Below are positions 1 to 10,947 of a stretch of DNA of 64,000 nucleotides, one piece after another. This stretch comes from an uncultured Alphaproteobacteria bacterium. Its GTDB lineage: Bacteria; Pseudomonadota; Alphaproteobacteria; Rhodobacterales; Rhodobacteraceae. The DNA lies in contig CAVQOV010000010.1 of NCBI GenBank assembly GCA_963714615.1, positions 440,106 through 504,105 of the forward strand, in the 5' to 3' direction. The notes beneath the pieces were generated by a model, which was given only the letters and a program-made list of their open reading frames with translations, made no database searches and was not told where the DNA came from. The first letter of the stretch is position 1. Each line of letters opens with the position of its first letter. The position numbers and the translations under genes are program-made.

Positions 1-99
1 CTTAACTCGGTGAACGCGGCACTGGGCTTCGAGTCCGGGTTGGTGATTGTCGTCGTGGCCATTGTTCTGGATACCATGCTGCGGGTGGACCGGGGATGA
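1..99 (+). CDS. glycine betaine/proline ABC transporter permease (ProW-like), extreme C-terminus only; gene starts before window
   Basis: Open frame ...AIVLDTMLRVDRG* ends with TGA at 97-99, overlapping the ATG (96) of the downstream ProV-like ATPase (ATGA junction); hydrophobic tail typical of the permease end. Confidence 0.4.
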   Translation, partial: LNSVNAALGFESGLVIVVVAIVLDTMLRVDRG

Positions 100-1121
100 A
101 CGCTGTAGAGTTCGACAATGTTTCCATAGTCTTCGGCGAGACACCGCAAGCCGCCCTGCCCCTGATGGACGAAGGCCAGAGCCGCGGCGAGATTCAGGCA
201 GCCACCGGTCAGGTTCTTGGCGTGCATGACTGCTCACTTGAAGTGGGTGATGGTGAGATTCTGGTTCTGATGGGTCTGTCGGGGTCCGGAAAATCGACGC
301 TTCTACGTGCCGTGAATGGATTGAACCCGGTCGCGCGGGGCGAGGTTCGGGTCCGGGCGGGCGACACCATGACCTCGGTGACGCATGCCGACAAGGCGAC
401 GCTGCGCAAACTGCGGCTCAGCCATATCGCGATGGTGTTTCAGCAATTCGGCCTGCTGCCCTGGCGCACCGTGGCCGAGAATGTCGGGCTGGGGCTGGAA
501 CTCGGCGGCATGCCAAAGGCCGAACGCAACGCCAAGGTCACCGATCAACTCGCGCTTGTCGGCCTGTCCGACTGGGCGACCCGAAAAGTAGCAGAGCTTT
601 CGGGCGGCATGCAGCAGCGCGTGGGCTTGGCGCGCGCCTTTGCAACCGACGCGCCGATCCTGTTGATGGACGAGCCATTTTCCGCGCTCGACCCGCTGAT
701 CCGCGCGCGGCTGCAGGATGAACTTCTGGATTTGCAGAAAAAGCTGAAACGTACGATCATCTTCGTCAGCCACGATCTGGACGAGGCGTTCAAGCTGGGC
801 AACCGCATCGCGATCATGGAAGGCGGGCGCATCGTCCAGTGTGGCACCCCGCGCGACATCTTCACCAACCCGGCGAATGAGTATGTCGCGGATTTCGTCG
901 CCCACATGAACCCGCTTGGCGTGCTGTGCGCCCGCGATGTGATGGAACCGGCAAAGGCAACGCCAAAACAGACGGTCGGGCCTGACGAACTGATCCAGAA
1001 GGTGATGGAACGGGTCCATGCGACAGGCAACCCGGTCGGCGTGATCGAGGACGGCAAGTTGTTGGGTCAGATCACCAAGGATACCGTTCTGGCGAAGCTC
1101 CTCGATCCGCGCGGCGGCTAA
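96..1121 (+). CDS. proV: glycine betaine/proline ABC transporter ATP-binding protein (ProV/OpuAA type) with C-terminal CBS pair
   Basis: 341-aa ORF; Walker A GLSGSGKST, ABC signature LSGGMQQR, Walker B ILLMDE, H-loop SHD; C-terminal ~100 aa CBS-like region characteristic of ProV/OpuAA. Confidence 0.85.
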   Translation: MNAVEFDNVSIVFGETPQAALPLMDEGQSRGEIQAATGQVLGVHDCSLEVGDGEILVLMGLSGSGKSTLLRAVNGLNPVARGEVRVRAGDTMTSVTHADKATLRKLRLSHIAMVFQQFGLLPWRTVAENVGLGLELGGMPKAERNAKVTDQLALVGLSDWATRKVAELSGGMQQRVGLARAFATDAPILLMDEPFSALDPLIRARLQDELLDLQKKLKRTIIFVSHDLDEAFKLGNRIAIMEGGRIVQCGTPRDIFTNPANEYVADFVAHMNPLGVLCARDVMEPAKATPKQTVGPDELIQKVMERVHATGNPVGVIEDGKLLGQITKDTVLAKLLDPRGG

Positions 1122-1315
1122 GGCGGAAGACGGCGGGCGGAACCCGGCTCAGGCATCTGTTTCACCGCTTCAACTGCGCAATTTCCTTAACAATATCAAA
1201 ACGTTGCGCGCGGCAAAAGTTTTTCCGGGAAATCGACGGTTTTCACCATGGATGCCAAAGGCTTGGCAAGAAATGTTTCGTGCGCGAAACACCCCGACCC
1301 GCCGTTAGACGCGCC

Positions 1316-2215
1316 CTACAGCTTGGCGGCGTTGACCGGCGGGGTGACCCTGCGGCGCTGCTGCGCCTCTCTGATGGTGATATAGCTGATCGCGGCGATG
1401 ATCATGCCGCCGCCAAGCAGAACGTAAGGGTCCACGCCCTCGCCAAAGACCAACGCGCCCAGCAGCGTGGCCCAGACCAGTTGCAGGAACGTGACCGGTT
1501 GCGTCACGGTCAGCGGGGCCGCCGCGAAGGCGAGGGTCATCAGGTAATGACCAAGCGTTGCCAGGGCGGCGACCAGCGCCAGCAGGCCCAATTGCGCCAT
1601 GCTCGGATGCACCCAGGCGGCAAAGGCGAAGGGCGCCAGGCCGATCGTCACCGGCAGCGACAGCATCGCGACGATGGCGCCCGCGGGGGCGATGCCGGAC
1701 AGTTTCTTGGCGAAGAGATACGAGATGCCAAAGCACGCAGCGGCGCCGAGTTGCGCAAAATGCCCCGGCTCGATGACCCGCAGACCGGGCCGCAGCACCA
1801 CCAGCGCGCCTGCCAGCGCCATGGCGATGGCAAGGATCCGGCGCAGCGCCAGCGTTTCGCCAAAGATCAGCGCCGCACCGATGGTCACGACGACGGGGTT
1901 GAGATAGCCGATCGCCGTCACCTCGGCGATCGGAATCCGGGCCATCGCGAAGAACCAAAGCGTCACGGCCAGGCAATGCAGGGCGCCGCGCCACAGGAAC
2001 AGCGGGATCGCGCCTTTCGGGAATCCCGCACGCACGGCAGGGACCAGCGCGGGCATCAGGAACAGCAGTCCGAAGGCAAAGCGGATGAAGGCATTCTGCA
2101 CCGCCGGAAGGTCCGTGCCCAGATAGCGCACGATGCCAGTCACGCCGACAAAGCTGAACCCGCTGGCCAGCATCCAGAATATGCCCGCAAGCGGACGGTC
2201 GGCGACGTTTGTCAT
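1316..2215 (-). CDS. DMT superfamily (EamA-type) transporter
   Basis: ~300 aa, 10 predicted TM helices arranged as two EamA repeats; start taken at MTNVADRPLAGIFWML (ORF track extends to 2248). Confidence 0.8.
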   Translation of the reverse strand: MTNVADRPLAGIFWMLASGFSFVGVTGIVRYLGTDLPAVQNAFIRFAFGLLFLMPALVPAVRAGFPKGAIPLFLWRGALHCLAVTLWFFAMARIPIAEVTAIGYLNPVVVTIGAALIFGETLALRRILAIAMALAGALVVLRPGLRVIEPGHFAQLGAAACFGISYLFAKKLSGIAPAGAIVAMLSLPVTIGLAPFAFAAWVHPSMAQLGLLALVAALATLGHYLMTLAFAAAPLTVTQPVTFLQLVWATLLGALVFGEGVDPYVLLGGGMIIAAISYITIREAQQRRRVTPPVNAAKL

Positions 2216-2290
2216 GCGGGCAGATGACCCGATCGGCGCGGCAGGCACAAGGGGTCAGGTGCAGCCTCCCGGTCCGGGGCAGCGACGCCG

Positions 2291-3031
2291 CTACAACTGC
2301 GCGGCCACGTCCTCGGGCACGTCGATATTGGCGGTGACGTTCTGCACGTCGTCGTCGTCCTCCAGCGCCTCGATCAGCTTCATGACCTTCTGCGCGGTTT
2401 CAAGATCGACCTCGGTCGTGGTCTGCGGCTTCCAGATCAGCTTGGTCGTCTCGGATTCGCCCAGCTGCGCTTCAAGCGAGGTCGCAACCTCGTTCAGGTC
2501 GGTATCGGCGCAATAGATCCAGTGCCCGTCCTCGTCGCTTTCGACATCCTCGGCCCCGGCCTCGATCGCGGCCATCATCACGGTGTCGGCATCGCCGACC
2601 GCGGCGGGATACATGATCTCGCCCTTGCGCTCGAACATGAAGGAAACCGATCCGGTCTCGCCGAGGTTGCCGCCGTATTTCGTGAAGGTCGAGCGCACGT
2701 TGGACGCGGTCCGGTTGCGGTTGTCGGTCATCGCCTCGACGATCACCGCGATGCCGTTGGGCGCGTAGCCTTCATAGCGGATCTCGTCGTAGTTCTCGGC
2801 GTCGCCGCCCTGGCTTTTCTTGATCGCACGGTCGATCACGTCCTTGGGGACGGAGACCGACTTGGCCTCCTTCACCGCCAGCCGCAGCCGTGGATTCTTG
2901 TCGGGATCGGGATCGCCCATCTTGGCGGCGACGGTGATTTCCTTGGACAGCTTCGAAAAGAGTTTGGCCCGCATCTTGTCCTGCCGCCCCTTGCGGTGCT
3001 GGATGTTCGCCCATTTTGAATGGCCTGCCAT
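2291..3031 (-). CDS. YebC/PmpR family DNA-binding transcriptional regulator
   Basis: Hallmark N-terminus [15 protein letters not shown]...; 246 aa, conserved throughout. Confidence 0.9.
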   Translation of the reverse strand: MAGHSKWANIQHRKGRQDKMRAKLFSKLSKEITVAAKMGDPDPDKNPRLRLAVKEAKSVSVPKDVIDRAIKKSQGGDAENYDEIRYEGYAPNGIAVIVEAMTDNRNRTASNVRSTFTKYGGNLGETGSVSFMFERKGEIMYPAAVGDADTVMMAAIEAGAEDVESDEDGHWIYCADTDLNEVATSLEAQLGESETTKLIWKPQTTTEVDLETAQKVMKLIEALEDDDDVQNVTANIDVPEDVAAQL

Positions 3032-3164
3032 AGCCCTGTTCCCATCGGTGATTTCGGCGTCGCGCCTCTATATGTCAGGCGCTGCCCCGCCTGCAAGCCC
3101 GCGCGGGGGCGTTGCAATCCCGGCGGCAATCCGATTGGCTGCAACCGAACCGAACGAGGCGCCC

Positions 3165-4947
3165 ATGACCACCGACCAGATCATCCTCTTTTCGCTGTTT
3201 CGGCGCAGTCTTCGGCCTGCTGCTGTGGGGCCGGTTTCGCTATGATCTTGTGGCCTTTGCGGCGCTCATGGCCGGGGTGATTCTCGGGGTGGTTCCCACC
3301 AAGGACGCCTTTTCGGGGTTCGGCCATCCGGCGACGCTGATCGTGGCGCTGGTGCTGATCGTCTCTGGCGGGCTGGTGCGTTCGGGGGCGGTGTTCCTGA
3401 TCACCCGCACGCTGGTCAACAGCACCCGAAGCCTTGCGGGCCATATCGCGATCATGGGGGCTGTCGGCGGCGTGCTGTCGGCCTTCATGAACAACGTCGC
3501 GGCCCTTGCCTTGCTGATGCCGGTCGATATCCAGACCGCGCGCAAGGCCGGCCGCACGCCGGCCCTGTCGCTGATGCCGCTTTCGTTTGCCACGATCCTC
3601 GGCGGCATGGTGACGCTGATCGGCACGCCCCCCAACATCATCATCGCCGCGATCCGCGAGGACGCTCTGGGCGAACCGTTCAAAATGTTCGATTTCGCAC
3701 CGGTCGGCGCAGTGACGGCCATTGCCGGGCTTATCTTCGTGGCGCTGATCGGCTGGCGCCTGATCCCCAATCAGCCGGATGCAGCCTCATCCGGCAATGG
3801 CATGGAGGAAATTGGCCAGTATATCGCCGAACTGACGATCCCGGCGGACAGCAAGCATATCGGCAAGCGGTTGCAAGAACTGAACGAGACCGCGGAAAAG
3901 AACGATGTCGCAATTCTTGGCCTGATCCGCGACGGCCAGCGGCGCTATGGCACACAGCGCAACGCCGTGTTGCAGGTTGCTGATGCGCTGGTACTGGAAG
4001 CCTCGCCCGACGCACTTGATGAGTTCCGCGCGGCGCTGTCGCTGGATTTTTCTGACCCCAAGCGGCAAGACATCTTGCAGGCAGAGGGCGAGGGCCTGCG
4101 GATCGTTGAATGCGTGGTCACCGATGCGTCCCGGATCAATGGAAAAACCGCCCAGGCCATCGGACTGTCATGGCGTCGGCGGACTGTGCTGATGGGGATC
4201 TCGCGGCAAGGCAAACGGCTGCAAAAGCAGGTGCGCAAGACCATCATACGGGCCGGCGACATCCTGCTGCTGCTGGCGCCACAGGATCAGGCCGACGAGG
4301 TGGTCGATTGGCTTGGCTGCCTGCCGCTCGCCGATCGCGGGTTGGCAGTGACCGAGGATCGCAAGGTCTGGCTTGCCATCGGCCTTTTTGCCGTAGCGGT
4401 TGCCGCAGCCAGTCTGGGATGGATCTATCTGCCCGTCGCGTTGGGCGTGGTGGTTGTGGGCTACGCGCTGACCCGGATCGTGCCAGTGTCGGAAATCTAC
4501 AACCATGTCGAATGGCCGGTTGTGGTGCTGTTGGGGTCAATGATCCCATTGGGCGCGGCGCTGGAAACTTCTGGCGGCACCGAACTGATCGCGGGCGCCT
4601 TGGTCGGGTTCACCCAAGGCATGCCGTCCTGGGCCATTCTGACGGTCCTGATGGTCGTGACGATGACGCTGTCGGACGTGCTGAACAACACCGCGACAAC
4701 GATCGTCGCGGCCCCGGTGGGCATCCAGATGGCCGAACGGCTGGGCGTCTCGCCCGATCCGTTCCTGATGGCGGTTGCGGTCGCGGCTTCGTGCGCTTTC
4801 CTCACACCGATCGGGCACAAGAACAACACGTTGATTCTGGGGCCGGGCGGATACCGGTTTGGTGACTACTGGCGGATGGGACTGCCGCTGGAAGCGCTGG
4901 TCGTCGTGGTCTCGATCCCGGCGATCATGGTTTTCTGGCCGTTCTGA
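3165..4947 (+). pseudogene. SLC13/DASS-type permease with two central TrkA-C (RCK_C) domains (YfbS-like); +1 frameshift at ~3198
   Basis: MTTDQIILFSLF (frame 0, ATG 3165) continues as GAVFGLLLWGRFRYDLVAFAALMAGV only after skipping one base near 3198; the 565-aa ORF 3250-4947 has TM core - two TrkA-C-like soluble domains - TM core, with ILGGMVTLIGTPPNII motifs. Confidence 0.75.
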
Positions 4948-4949
4948 GC

Positions 4950-5278
4950 CGCCTAACGCGCGGCGAAGGTCACGCGCTGCCACGCTGACACTCGGGTTGG
5001 TCACCGGGTCGCCGCGTGGCAATTCCAGCCGTGGTGTTCTGGGGTCGGAACCACGCACCTCATAAGGCAAAAGATGCGGGCACCCGGAAAGCTGACCGGT
5101 CCAGTCGCGGGCGCGGCCGGGGCGGTGGCCAGCGCAGAGCGTGCCATCGGACATCAGCACATTCAGCCCTACCGGATACAGCAAGGCCCGCTTCGGCTCG
5201 GCGATAGCGGCTGTCTGCGCATACGTTGCGGGCTGCGCGCAGACCGCCAAGGACAAGACATAAGGCAAGCAGCCGCAG
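4950..5278 (-). CDS. possible small secreted protein (signal peptide MLRLLALCLVLGGLRAA...), extent unclear
   Basis: Signal-peptide-like start at 5278 in the gap between two convergent permease genes; no clear stop before running antisense into the upstream gene; weak. Confidence 0.15.
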
Positions 5279-5285
5279 CACCCGA

Positions 5286-7070
5286 TCAGACCGGCCAAAG
5301 GATCGGGATCACGAAGCTGGCGGCGATCCCAAGGATGATGTTCAGCGGGATGCCGACGCGCATGTAATCGGTGAATTTGTAGCCGCCCGGCCCGTAGACC
5401 AGCATGTTGGTCTGATACCCGATCGGGGTCGAGAAAGCCGCCGAGGCCGCGAACATCACCGCGACGACCAGCGGGCGCGGATCGAGGCCAAGGGCATACC
5501 CAAGCTCGATCGCGATCGGCGCAAAAATCACGCCGACCGCATTGTTGGACACAAGCTCTGTCAGCGTCGAGGCCAGCATGATAGATCACGAGGATGACGG
5601 CAAAGGGCGGCAGCCCGGCCAGGAACGGCTCGACCGCATTGACGATCAGCGTGACCGTACCGATATGTTCCAAGCCCGACCCCGACGGCGAGCATCGCAA
5701 AGATCAGGGCCAACAGGCGGCCTTCGACGAAGGAAAACGCCTCGTCCGCGTCGATGCATCGGGCCAGCAGGATGACCGCGACGCCGACGACCGCCAAAGC
5801 CAGGATTGGGGCGACACCAAACGCCGAAAGCACGACGACGCCCAGCAGCACGCCGATGGCAATCGGGGCCTGACTGCGCCGGTAGGCCTTGACCGCGGGA
5901 TGCGAGATATCGACCAGTTCCATGTCGGCGGCCAGACGCTCGATATCCTCGGCCGCGCCTTCCAGAAGCAGTGTGTCGCCAACGCGCACGACCAGATCGT
6001 CCAGTTGCCGGCCGATGTTCTGGTTCCGCCGATGCACCGCCAGCGGATAGACGCCGTAGCGCCGCCGCAAGCGCATCGAACCAAGCGACCGGCCGATCAT
6101 CTCTGCAACCCGGCGTGATCAGAACCTCGACGGTCGATGGTCTGGACCGAGCTCAGCTCGTCGACCATCCGCACGTCCTTGTTCTGCTGAAGGCCCAGAA
6201 GCTCTGCCATTTCGGTGCGCAACACGACGCGGTCGCCGGCGGCAAGCTGAACTCCGGTCAGATCGCGGCGCAATGACGCATCGCCGCGCAGCACGTCGAT
6301 CAGGCGGACGCCTTCGCGCTTGAACAGCTCGATTTCGTTCACGTCGCGCCCGATCAGCGCGGAATCAACGGGCACGGCAACTTCGGTGAAGTACTTCATC
6401 TTCCGCCGGTCGCTAAGCAACACGCCCATCGATTGCCGGTCAGGCAGCAGCCGACGCCCGATCAGCCCGATGTAGGCCATCCCGATTACAACCTGCACCA
6501 GCCCCAGCCCGGTGATCTCGAAGATCGAGAACGGAGCAAGTCCCTTGGCCCGTGCAACGCCATCGACCAGCAGGTTCGTCGAGGTGCCGATCAGCGTCAG
6601 CGTGCCGCCGAGAATCGCGAAATACGACAACGGAATCAGCAGCTTGGATGGAGCTACGCCCAAGCTTGCGGGCAACCTGAATGAAAACCGGGATCATCAC
6701 CACAACGACCGGCGTGTTGTTCATGAAGGCCGATCCCAACGCCACGCAGCACAAGCAAGATTACAAGCGTTGCCTTGGGGCGGCGCGATGCCTGGGCCTC
6801 GGCGTGTTGCGTCAGCCATTCCAGCGCCCCGGTCCTGACCAGTCCGCCCATGATCAGAAACATCGCGATGATGGTCCAGGGGGCCGGATTCGACAGCACG
6901 GTCAGCGCCGCATCGTAGGGCAGCATGCCAAAAACCAGCATCAGCGCTGCGGCGGAAATGGCGATCACCTCGGCCGGATACCGCTCGGACACGAAAAGGG
7001 CAAACATCAGGATGATCAACGCGAGGCCCAAAAAGGCCATGCTGGTGTCCGAAAGTCCAAGTTCTATCAT
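5286..7070 (-). pseudogene. second SLC13/TrkA-C permease paralogue, split into four frames (6654-7070, 6097-6675, 5561-6100, 5286-5579)
   Basis: The four consecutive minus-strand ORF fragments together reproduce the TM-core/TrkA-C/TM-core architecture; the C-terminal fragment ...FSTPIGYQTNMLVYGPGGYKFTDYMRVGIPLNI parallels the C-terminus of the 3165-4947 protein. Confidence 0.65.
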
Positions 7071-8015
7071 GGCGATCCGTGTTCTGGTTCCGGACCCGCA
7101 TCATGGGGCAGCGGCGTGGACCCCGCAAGCGCCGTTGCGGGCCTGGGCTGAACCATGAAGAGGCCCGTGAAGATGACGCCAAGCGCCAGCCAGATCCAGT
7201 TTGAATATGTCTCGGACAGCAGGACCATCGCCCAGAAAATGCCAAAGGCCGTAACCAGATACGACACCTGAGCCGCGAAGACACTGCCCGACCGCCCGAC
7301 CAGCCACACATAACCGGCATAGGCCAGCGCATGAATGGCCGAGGACAAGATCAGTGCGAGATCGGGAAGATTGAGGTCGGTATGCGGCGGAATCCACGTG
7401 CCGGAGACGACCGCAAGCGGTGCCGTCAGCACGATCCCCACCAGTGAGGCGCCCAGCAGCACCTGAATACCGCTGCAGCCATAAGTGCCCCATTTCGCGA
7501 CGATATTGCCCTCTAGGCCATAGAAAATCGGGGCGACCATCGCCAGCGGGATGAACGCCGCCATTGCCCGATCCGGCAGGCTGGCGTCCGGCACGATCAG
7601 CAGGCTGACCCCGATCAACCCGACAAACAGGCCCAACAGCCTTTTCCAGTCGAACCTGTCAGTGCGCATCACGAGTGCGATCGGGAACACGAACATCGGT
7701 ACCGTGGACATGATGATGGAAAGCACCCCCGCCGGCAGATGCCGCGCGGCCTCATAAGAGGCGGCAGTTGGGCAGCAGAGTGCCGATCATCGCGATGATC
7801 AAATAAAGCCGTAATTGTCTTTTGCCCAGCGGCAGGGTTTTGCCACGGAGGGCAAGAATGGTACCAAGAACAAGCGCTCCAACGACGAATTGCCAGAAGA
7901 TCAGGCCGAAATGGCGATAGCCTTCGGACACGGCGATCTTCGTCATCGGCTGGGTCGCACCCCAAGCCGCGCCCAGCAAGACCAGGACGCCCAGCAGCCC
8001 CCGGTGTTCTGTCAT
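7067..8015 (-). pseudogene. DMT/EamA-family transporter, split in two frames (7752-8015 and 7067-7726)
   Basis: N-terminal fragment MTEHRGLLGVLVLLGAAWGATQPMTKIAV... stops at 7752; the remaining EamA repeats continue in another frame from 7726; frame change within 7727-7751. Confidence 0.65.
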
Positions 8016-8824
8016 GGGGCAGAAGCCTGCAACAACCCGGCTTCGCGGATCATCGCGATGCGGGTCGCCTTGCCGGTCTTGTCATCGGTCTCGACATACA
8101 GTCCCGACAGCGTTGCCTCGCCGTCGGCCGGTGAAAACCGTTCCTTGCCCATTCCCGTGATGAACCGGCGCATCGGCTCTGCCTTGTCCATGCCAATCAC
8201 GGAATTGTAGTCGCCGCACATGCCTGCATCGGTAAGGTAGGCCGTGCCGCCGGGCAAAATCATCGCATCGGCGGTGGGTACATGGGTATGGGTGCCGACA
8301 ACCACGCTCGTGCGGCCGTCGCACCAGTGGCCCATCGCCATTTTCTCGGATGTCGCCTCGCAATGCATGTCAACTAGACTGGCATTGACCATGCCGCCCA
8401 TAGGATGCGCCCGCAGAACCGCATCGATCGCAGAAAACGGATCGTCGAACGGGCGTTTCATGAACACCTGCCCCAATACCTGAGCGACCAGAATCTTGCG
8501 GCCACCCTTCGCCTCGAATACCCGGAACCCCCTGCCCGGCGCGGATTTGGCATAGTTGATCGGTCGAACGATGCGTGGCTCTGCCTCGATGAATTGTATC
8601 ATGTCCTTCTGATCGAAGGCATGATCGCCAAGCGTCACGCAGTCCGCGCCGGCATCCAGCAGCAGTTTCGCATGCGCGCCGGTCAGGCCCGCGCCGTTGC
8701 TGGCATTCTCGCCATTGACCACGACGAAATCCAGCCGCCACGCCTCTCGCAGCCGCGGCAGGTGGGTCGTGATGGCCGTCCGTCCGGAGCGGCCCATGAC
8801 ATCGCCAAGGAACAGTAGTTTCAT
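8012..8824 (-). CDS. YmdB-like metallophosphoesterase (TIGR00282 family)
   Basis: MKLLFLGDVMGRSGR...VVNGENASNGAGLT...GDHAFD motifs typical of the YmdB 2',3'-cNMP phosphodiesterase family; 270 aa. Confidence 0.85.
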   Translation of the reverse strand: MKLLFLGDVMGRSGRTAITTHLPRLREAWRLDFVVVNGENASNGAGLTGAHAKLLLDAGADCVTLGDHAFDQKDMIQFIEAEPRIVRPINYAKSAPGRGFRVFEAKGGRKILVAQVLGQVFMKRPFDDPFSAIDAVLRAHPMGGMVNASLVDMHCEATSEKMAMGHWCDGRTSVVVGTHTHVPTADAMILPGGTAYLTDAGMCGDYNSVIGMDKAEPMRRFITGMGKERFSPADGEATLSGLYVETDDKTGKATRIAMIREAGLLQASAP

Positions 8825-8874
8825 GCCAACGTGCTAGGGCGCGGATCGTCGAAGGGCAAGCAGGACTTGACGCG

Positions 8875-9435
8875 TCAGAAGGTCATAACGCCGGTCTCGG
8901 TGACGATTGCGTCCAGTCTCTGGTCCGTCGGCTCGACGGGCAGATCATCCGCCTGTTGCGCGGCATAGGCGAAACCGACAGCCAGAACCGGCCCGCGTTT
9001 GCGCAGCAATTCCAGCGTGCGGTCATAAAAACCCCCGCCATAGCCAAGTCGGTATCCTGCCGCGTCGAAAGCCACCAGCGGCAGAACAACAAGTTCCGGA
9101 ATGACAACCTCTGGCGTGATCGGCACCAAAGCGCCAAACGGGCCTGCAATCATCGGGGTGCTGGCGTCCCAACGATGGAATTCAAGCGGCTGGCCCTCAC
9201 CAAGAACGATTGGCACACCAACATGCCCGAATCGTGTCATTTCGGCCATCGCATAAAGCGGGTCGATTTCGGTCCGGATCGGCATGTAGCCGGAAACCGG
9301 GCGGCCACGAAAGCGGCTTAGATACCCCAGCAGGCGCTCTGCGCCCGCGCGGCTGGACTGCTCCGAATGGGCAGTGGCTCGGCGGGCAAAAGCCGCTTTG
9401 CGTGCCGCCGCTTTTTCTATCGCGATGTCCGGCAC
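8875..9435 (-). CDS. 5-formyltetrahydrofolate cyclo-ligase
   Basis: 186 aa; conserved ...GYMPIRTEIDP... and C-terminal GYGGGFYDRTL motif. Confidence 0.8.
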   Translation of the reverse strand: MPDIAIEKAAARKAAFARRATAHSEQSSRAGAERLLGYLSRFRGRPVSGYMPIRTEIDPLYAMAEMTRFGHVGVPIVLGEGQPLEFHRWDASTPMIAGPFGALVPITPEVVIPELVVLPLVAFDAAGYRLGYGGGFYDRTLELLRKRGPVLAVGFAYAAQQADDLPVEPTDQRLDAIVTETGVMTF

Positions 9436-9451
9436 CAGGTCACGCCTCCGT

Positions 9452-10871
9452 TCAGATCAACACCAGTGCAGCAAGCCCCAGGAACGCGAAGAACCCCACG
9501 ACATCCGTTACCGTGGTGACGAAGGCGCCCGACGCAAGCGCCGGATCGACGCCGAAGCGTTCCAGAACAACCGGAATGCCGATACCGGCCAGCCCGGCCA
9601 CGACCAGGTTGATCACCATTGCAAAGGCGATCACCAGTCCCAACAGGGGCGAACTAAACCAGACGAACCCCACGATACCCATGACGGTGGCGAAAATCAG
9701 ACCGTTTGCCAGCCCGACCAGCACTTCGCGCCGGATCACCCGCCAGACATTCGATCCCGTCAGGTCGCGGGTCGCGATTGCGCGAACCGCCACGGTCAGC
9801 GCCTGGGTTCCGGCATTGCCACCCATCGAGGCCACGATTGGCATCAGAACGGCCAGTGACACCAAGGCCGCGATGGTGGATTCGAATTGTGCTATGACCA
9901 TCGAGGCCAGAATCGCGGTCACCAAGTTCACCGCCAGCCACGGCAGCCGCCGCTTCGTCGTTTCGATGACCTTGTCCGACAGACTACCCTCGCCCACACC
10001 GGCGAGACGCAGAATGTCCTCTTCATGTTCTTCGTCAAGAACCGCCATCGCGTCGTCGATGGTGATGACGCCGACCAGCCGGCCAGTGCTGTCAACAACC
10101 GGCGCCGAGATCAGGTGATACTGGTTGAAGGCATAGGCAACATCGCCCTCTTCCTCGTCCACTTCAAAGGCCCGGAAACTGTCCTCGGCAATGTCCAGCA
10201 GCTTGACGTCCCGGGCGCGAGGATAGCAGCCGGCCGAGCGTTACATAACCAACAGGCTCCAGCCGCGGATTGACCAGAACCAGGTGGTAGAATTGTTCCG
10301 GAAGATCCTTGGAGTTTCTCAAGAAATCAATCGCTTCGCCGACGGTCCAGTGCTCTGGCCCCATCACGACCTCGCGCTGCATCAGACGGCCGGCGGAATA
10401 TTCCGGATACGACATCGCCTGCTCGACAGCCACCCGGTCGGCATCTTCAAGCGCGTCTAGGATCGCTTCCTGCTGCGGCTGATCGAGATCCTCCAGAAGG
10501 TCGACGACATCGTCTGATTCAAGCTCTCGAACGGCCTCGGCCAGAACTTCGGGACGCAGATAGCCGATGACCTCGTCACGAATACCTTCGTCGAGCTCGG
10601 ACAGGATATCGCCGTCGAATTCGTGGCCATAAAGCTGCACCAGTGCGCGCCGCTCGTGGCCGTCGATCTGTTCCAGAAGGTCGGCGATGTCAGCCGCGTG
10701 CAGCGGCGCCATCAACTCGGTCAGACGAGCGGCATCATGCGCTTCGACGGCGTTGCGGATCGCTGCGACATCGCGCTGGTCGAGGACGTAGGCATCCTCG
10801 TCGCGGTCGTGTTCGATTTCGGCCTCGTCAATCATCAGCCAACCCCTGCGCTTTTTGATCACAATAGGCAA
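9452..10871 (-). pseudogene. mgtE: magnesium transporter MgtE; frameshift at ~10163 separates the N-terminal (MgtE_N + CBS) and C-terminal (CBS + TM) halves
   Basis: ORF 10164-10871 encodes the acidic MgtE N-domain; ORF 9452-10162 encodes the CBS and 5-TM channel domain (…PIVASMGGNAGTQALTVAVRAI…); adjacent, same strand, different frames. Confidence 0.8.
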
Positions 10872-10947
10872 AAGACCTTCTGGGAAACAGAGGCAATGGC
10901 CGATTTACCGCAAGCAATCCGGCGTCTAGTATCGTGCGCCGGAACCT

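Noticed and set aside
1280-2227. 315-aa plus-strand ORF (R/G/D/Q-rich)
   Set aside because: Antisense to a well-supported EamA transporter gene. Low-complexity composition expected from GC-rich antisense frames.
4537-5700. 387-aa minus-strand ORF
   Set aside because: Mostly antisense to the 3165-4947 permease and overlapping the C-terminal fragment of the second permease. Only the short signal-peptide-like start near 5278 is of any interest.
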